Assembly (NCBI GenBank): GCA_034439575.1
Contig: JAWXAQ010000024.1
Location: forward strand, 1-38,349
DNA: 38,349 bases
DNA from: Leptospira sp.
Lineage (GTDB): Bacteria > Spirochaetota > Leptospiria > Leptospirales > Leptospiraceae
Reading direction: 5' to 3'
The notes below the pieces were generated by a model. It was not told the DNA's origin and searched no databases. It worked only from the letters and a program-made list of their open reading frames with translations. Below, in pieces: positions 36,915 through 38,349 of the stretch. Every line of letters starts with the position of its first letter. Position 1 is the first letter of the stretch. The position numbers and the translations under genes are program-made.

Positions 36915-37684
36915 CAGAACTAAAAATTGAGACTTGGGATTATATAATGGGCATACTATCCGTATTGCCCTGGTCTATCGCTATTTATAAAGCCTACCAA
37001 CTTCCAAAAACTAATTCTACAAGATTTGGTATCATCTTTGCTTTGTTACTTGGCTGGGTTTCAACTGTATTGATTATTTGGCTTCATCCCATCCTTTGGC
37101 CACAAACGGATTTTGTACCGAAAAAAAAGGTAAGTCTATTAACATCGACAGCACATTTGGCTTTCATCCAAGCTGGTATGATGGAAGAAACTTTTAAAAT
37201 AGGATTTATTTTATTTCTATCCTTTGCTTTTGGTTTTGATTATGAAAACAAAAAGTTTAAACCTGAAAATGTTTTGTTTGCTGGTTTTGTTGCCCTTGGA
37301 TTTGCCCTTGTTGAAAACACTCAATACATAGCACGTGAAATTCCCGATAAAAAAATTGAAATATTTTTAGCGAGAAGCATCCATTCGAGTAACATACATT
37401 TGCTGATCAATCTATGTTTTGGTTTTTTTATGATCAAATCAAATCCAAAACCTTCAAAAGAAAAGATTGGTTATTTAGCTTCTGCATTAATTCTTGCGAT
37501 TTTGCAACACGGAGTTGTGGATTTTCTTTTGATCCCAGGAGCACTCTTTGGCCAATGGATATCAACTGCACTCTTTGTTGGAATTTGGGTTTGGGTAGTG
37601 CGAGATTGGAGAAAGTATCTAAGCCCTCAGATAGAAGATAAAAAAACTCTGATTCCTGCTTCTGAGTATTCTTCCCAATCATAA
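36911..37684 (+). CDS. PrsW family intramembrane glutamic/metalloprotease
   Basis: AGMMEETFK (EExxK), GFALVEN (FxxxEN), conserved His (SNIH) and HGVVD (HxxxD/N); GTGA overlap with the upstream gene. Confidence 0.88.
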   Translation: MTELKIETWDYIMGILSVLPWSIAIYKAYQLPKTNSTRFGIIFALLLGWVSTVLIIWLHPILWPQTDFVPKKKVSLLTSTAHLAFIQAGMMEETFKIGFILFLSFAFGFDYENKKFKPENVLFAGFVALGFALVENTQYIAREIPDKKIEIFLARSIHSSNIHLLINLCFGFFMIKSNPKPSKEKIGYLASALILAILQHGVVDFLLIPGALFGQWISTALFVGIWVWVVRDWRKYLSPQIEDKKTLIPASEYSSQS

Positions 37685-38091
37685 GAGTATGACCGAATAG
37701 AATGAATTTCTTTACGGCTCCAAATTTCTGCCCAAAATTTGGGTACAACATCTTCTGGCGCACCTGGTTGGATCGCAAAATAACGTCCGTTTTGTGGTCC
37801 GATATGCACAATTTCTAAACCAGGTAATAAACCTTCATTTTCTTTGACACAATATCCCAATAAAAAATCGTATTTGCCTGTTTCATCTTTTTCATAATTA
37901 AAATAAACAGCAAACAATGGATCAAATCTTCGGATCACTTCTAATTTTTTGGGAATATCTTCTTTATAAAAGCGAGAGTAGACTGCTGGAATGTCTTTTG
38001 GCGCATCTATCACAGCGTTCGAAGTACGTATTCGTAGGCCCATGACAGAGAATGCCTCAGTTCCGACTAATGGCTCGCTTATTTCCGACAT
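37627..38091 (-). CDS. GyrI-like / Cass2 effector-binding domain protein
   Basis: FSVMGLRIRTSN, FAVYFNYEKDETGKYDFLLG, FWAEIW, R.YSYDWEEY; start set at ATG38091 (MSEISEP). Confidence 0.82.
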   Translation of the reverse strand: MSEISEPLVGTEAFSVMGLRIRTSNAVIDAPKDIPAVYSRFYKEDIPKKLEVIRRFDPLFAVYFNYEKDETGKYDFLLGYCVKENEGLLPGLEIVHIGPQNGRYFAIQPGAPEDVVPKFWAEIWSRKEIHSIRSYSYDWEEYSEAGIRVFLSSI

Positions 38092-38215
38092 AGGATGCAG
38101 AATGTAGGGACCAATAGGATTATGCAATCCTTTCTCGTTCCTTACCCATCTTCCCACATTTCAATGATTTATGACTGAATATTTTCCATTTTCAAATTCT
38201 TTTATTATGAAATGT

Positions 38216-38246
38216 TTGACTTTCAAGCGTCGCTAAGAACTATGGT
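38216..38246 (+). promoter_or_regulatory. Putative promoter of the 5S rRNA gene
   Basis: TTGACT(38216-38221) and TATGGT(38241-38246), 6 nt before the 5S start; the 19-nt spacer is long. Confidence 0.4.
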
Positions 38247-38252
38247 AATCAC

Positions 38253-38349
38253 TCCTGGTGATTATGGAGAGAAGGCAATACCCGTTCCCATTCCGAACAC
38301 GGAAGTCAAGCTTCTCATCGCCGATGGTACTATTGGGTTCGCTCAATGG
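38253..38349 (+). rRNA. rrf: 5S ribosomal RNA, 3' end cut by the window edge
   Basis: TCCTGGTG...ACCCGTTCCCATTCCGAACACGGAAGTCAAGC...CGCCGATGGTACT, the conserved 5S core. Confidence 0.97.

Noticed and set aside
37627..37684. 58-nt convergent overlap of the PrsW and GyrI-like genes (also short overlaps at 14648-14662 and 17619-17630)
   Set aside because: Short tail-to-tail overlaps are common in compact genomes; no sign of an additional function
430..37811. Many short ORFs in the track lying antisense to, or in alternate frames of, long genes (e.g. 3637-4053, 12027-12335, 16169-16684, 27826-28134, 33693-34861, 37434-37811)
   Set aside because: They lie inside well-supported genes, have no recognisable motifs, and are the expected shadow ORFs
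1..38349. CRISPR arrays, IS/transposases, integrases, prophage, toxin-antitoxin or known anti-phage defence genes, tRNAs
   Set aside because: No regularly spaced repeats or diagnostic protein or RNA motifs seen by eye; a tool-based scan could still find weak cases

Overview
A gene-dense, AT-rich bacterial chromosome segment, very probably from Leptospira. This is inferred from a DUF1577-type PilZ protein, split coaC/coaB, an alpha2-type GlyRS, a 5S rRNA gene with no 23S gene upstream and a spirochaete-type lipoprotein signal; the species cannot be set from sequence alone. Most of the window is housekeeping: ABC-F ATPase, CNNM/CorC-type transporter, coaC-coaB, bioF, enoyl-CoA hydratase, Crp/Fnr regulator, rhomboid, hisB-hisH-hisA, VKOR-DsbA fusion, NeuB-like synthase, ABC1 kinase-feoA-feoB, glycyl-tRNA synthetase, PrsW protease and 5S rRNA. 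The first ~7.3 kb looks more accessory: tandem paralogous exported proteins, a MASE1-PP2C phosphatase and a large beta-propeller lipoprotein. I saw no CRISPR array, transposase, integrase, prophage gene or tRNA. The best leads are: (1) a Cys-rich FNR-like regulator, then a structured non-coding element, then a rhomboid with a 4-Cys tail; (2) a polytopic TonB/TolA-like protein translationally coupled to a PrsW protease; (3) an out-of-frame MDPDS upstream ORF in the long leader of the CNNM transporter; (4) an exported TPR protein ending in an apparently inactive CHAT/caspase-like domain; (5) structured intergenic elements at 1678-1767 and 16301-16411. All family assignments come from recognising motifs by eye, not from database searches.
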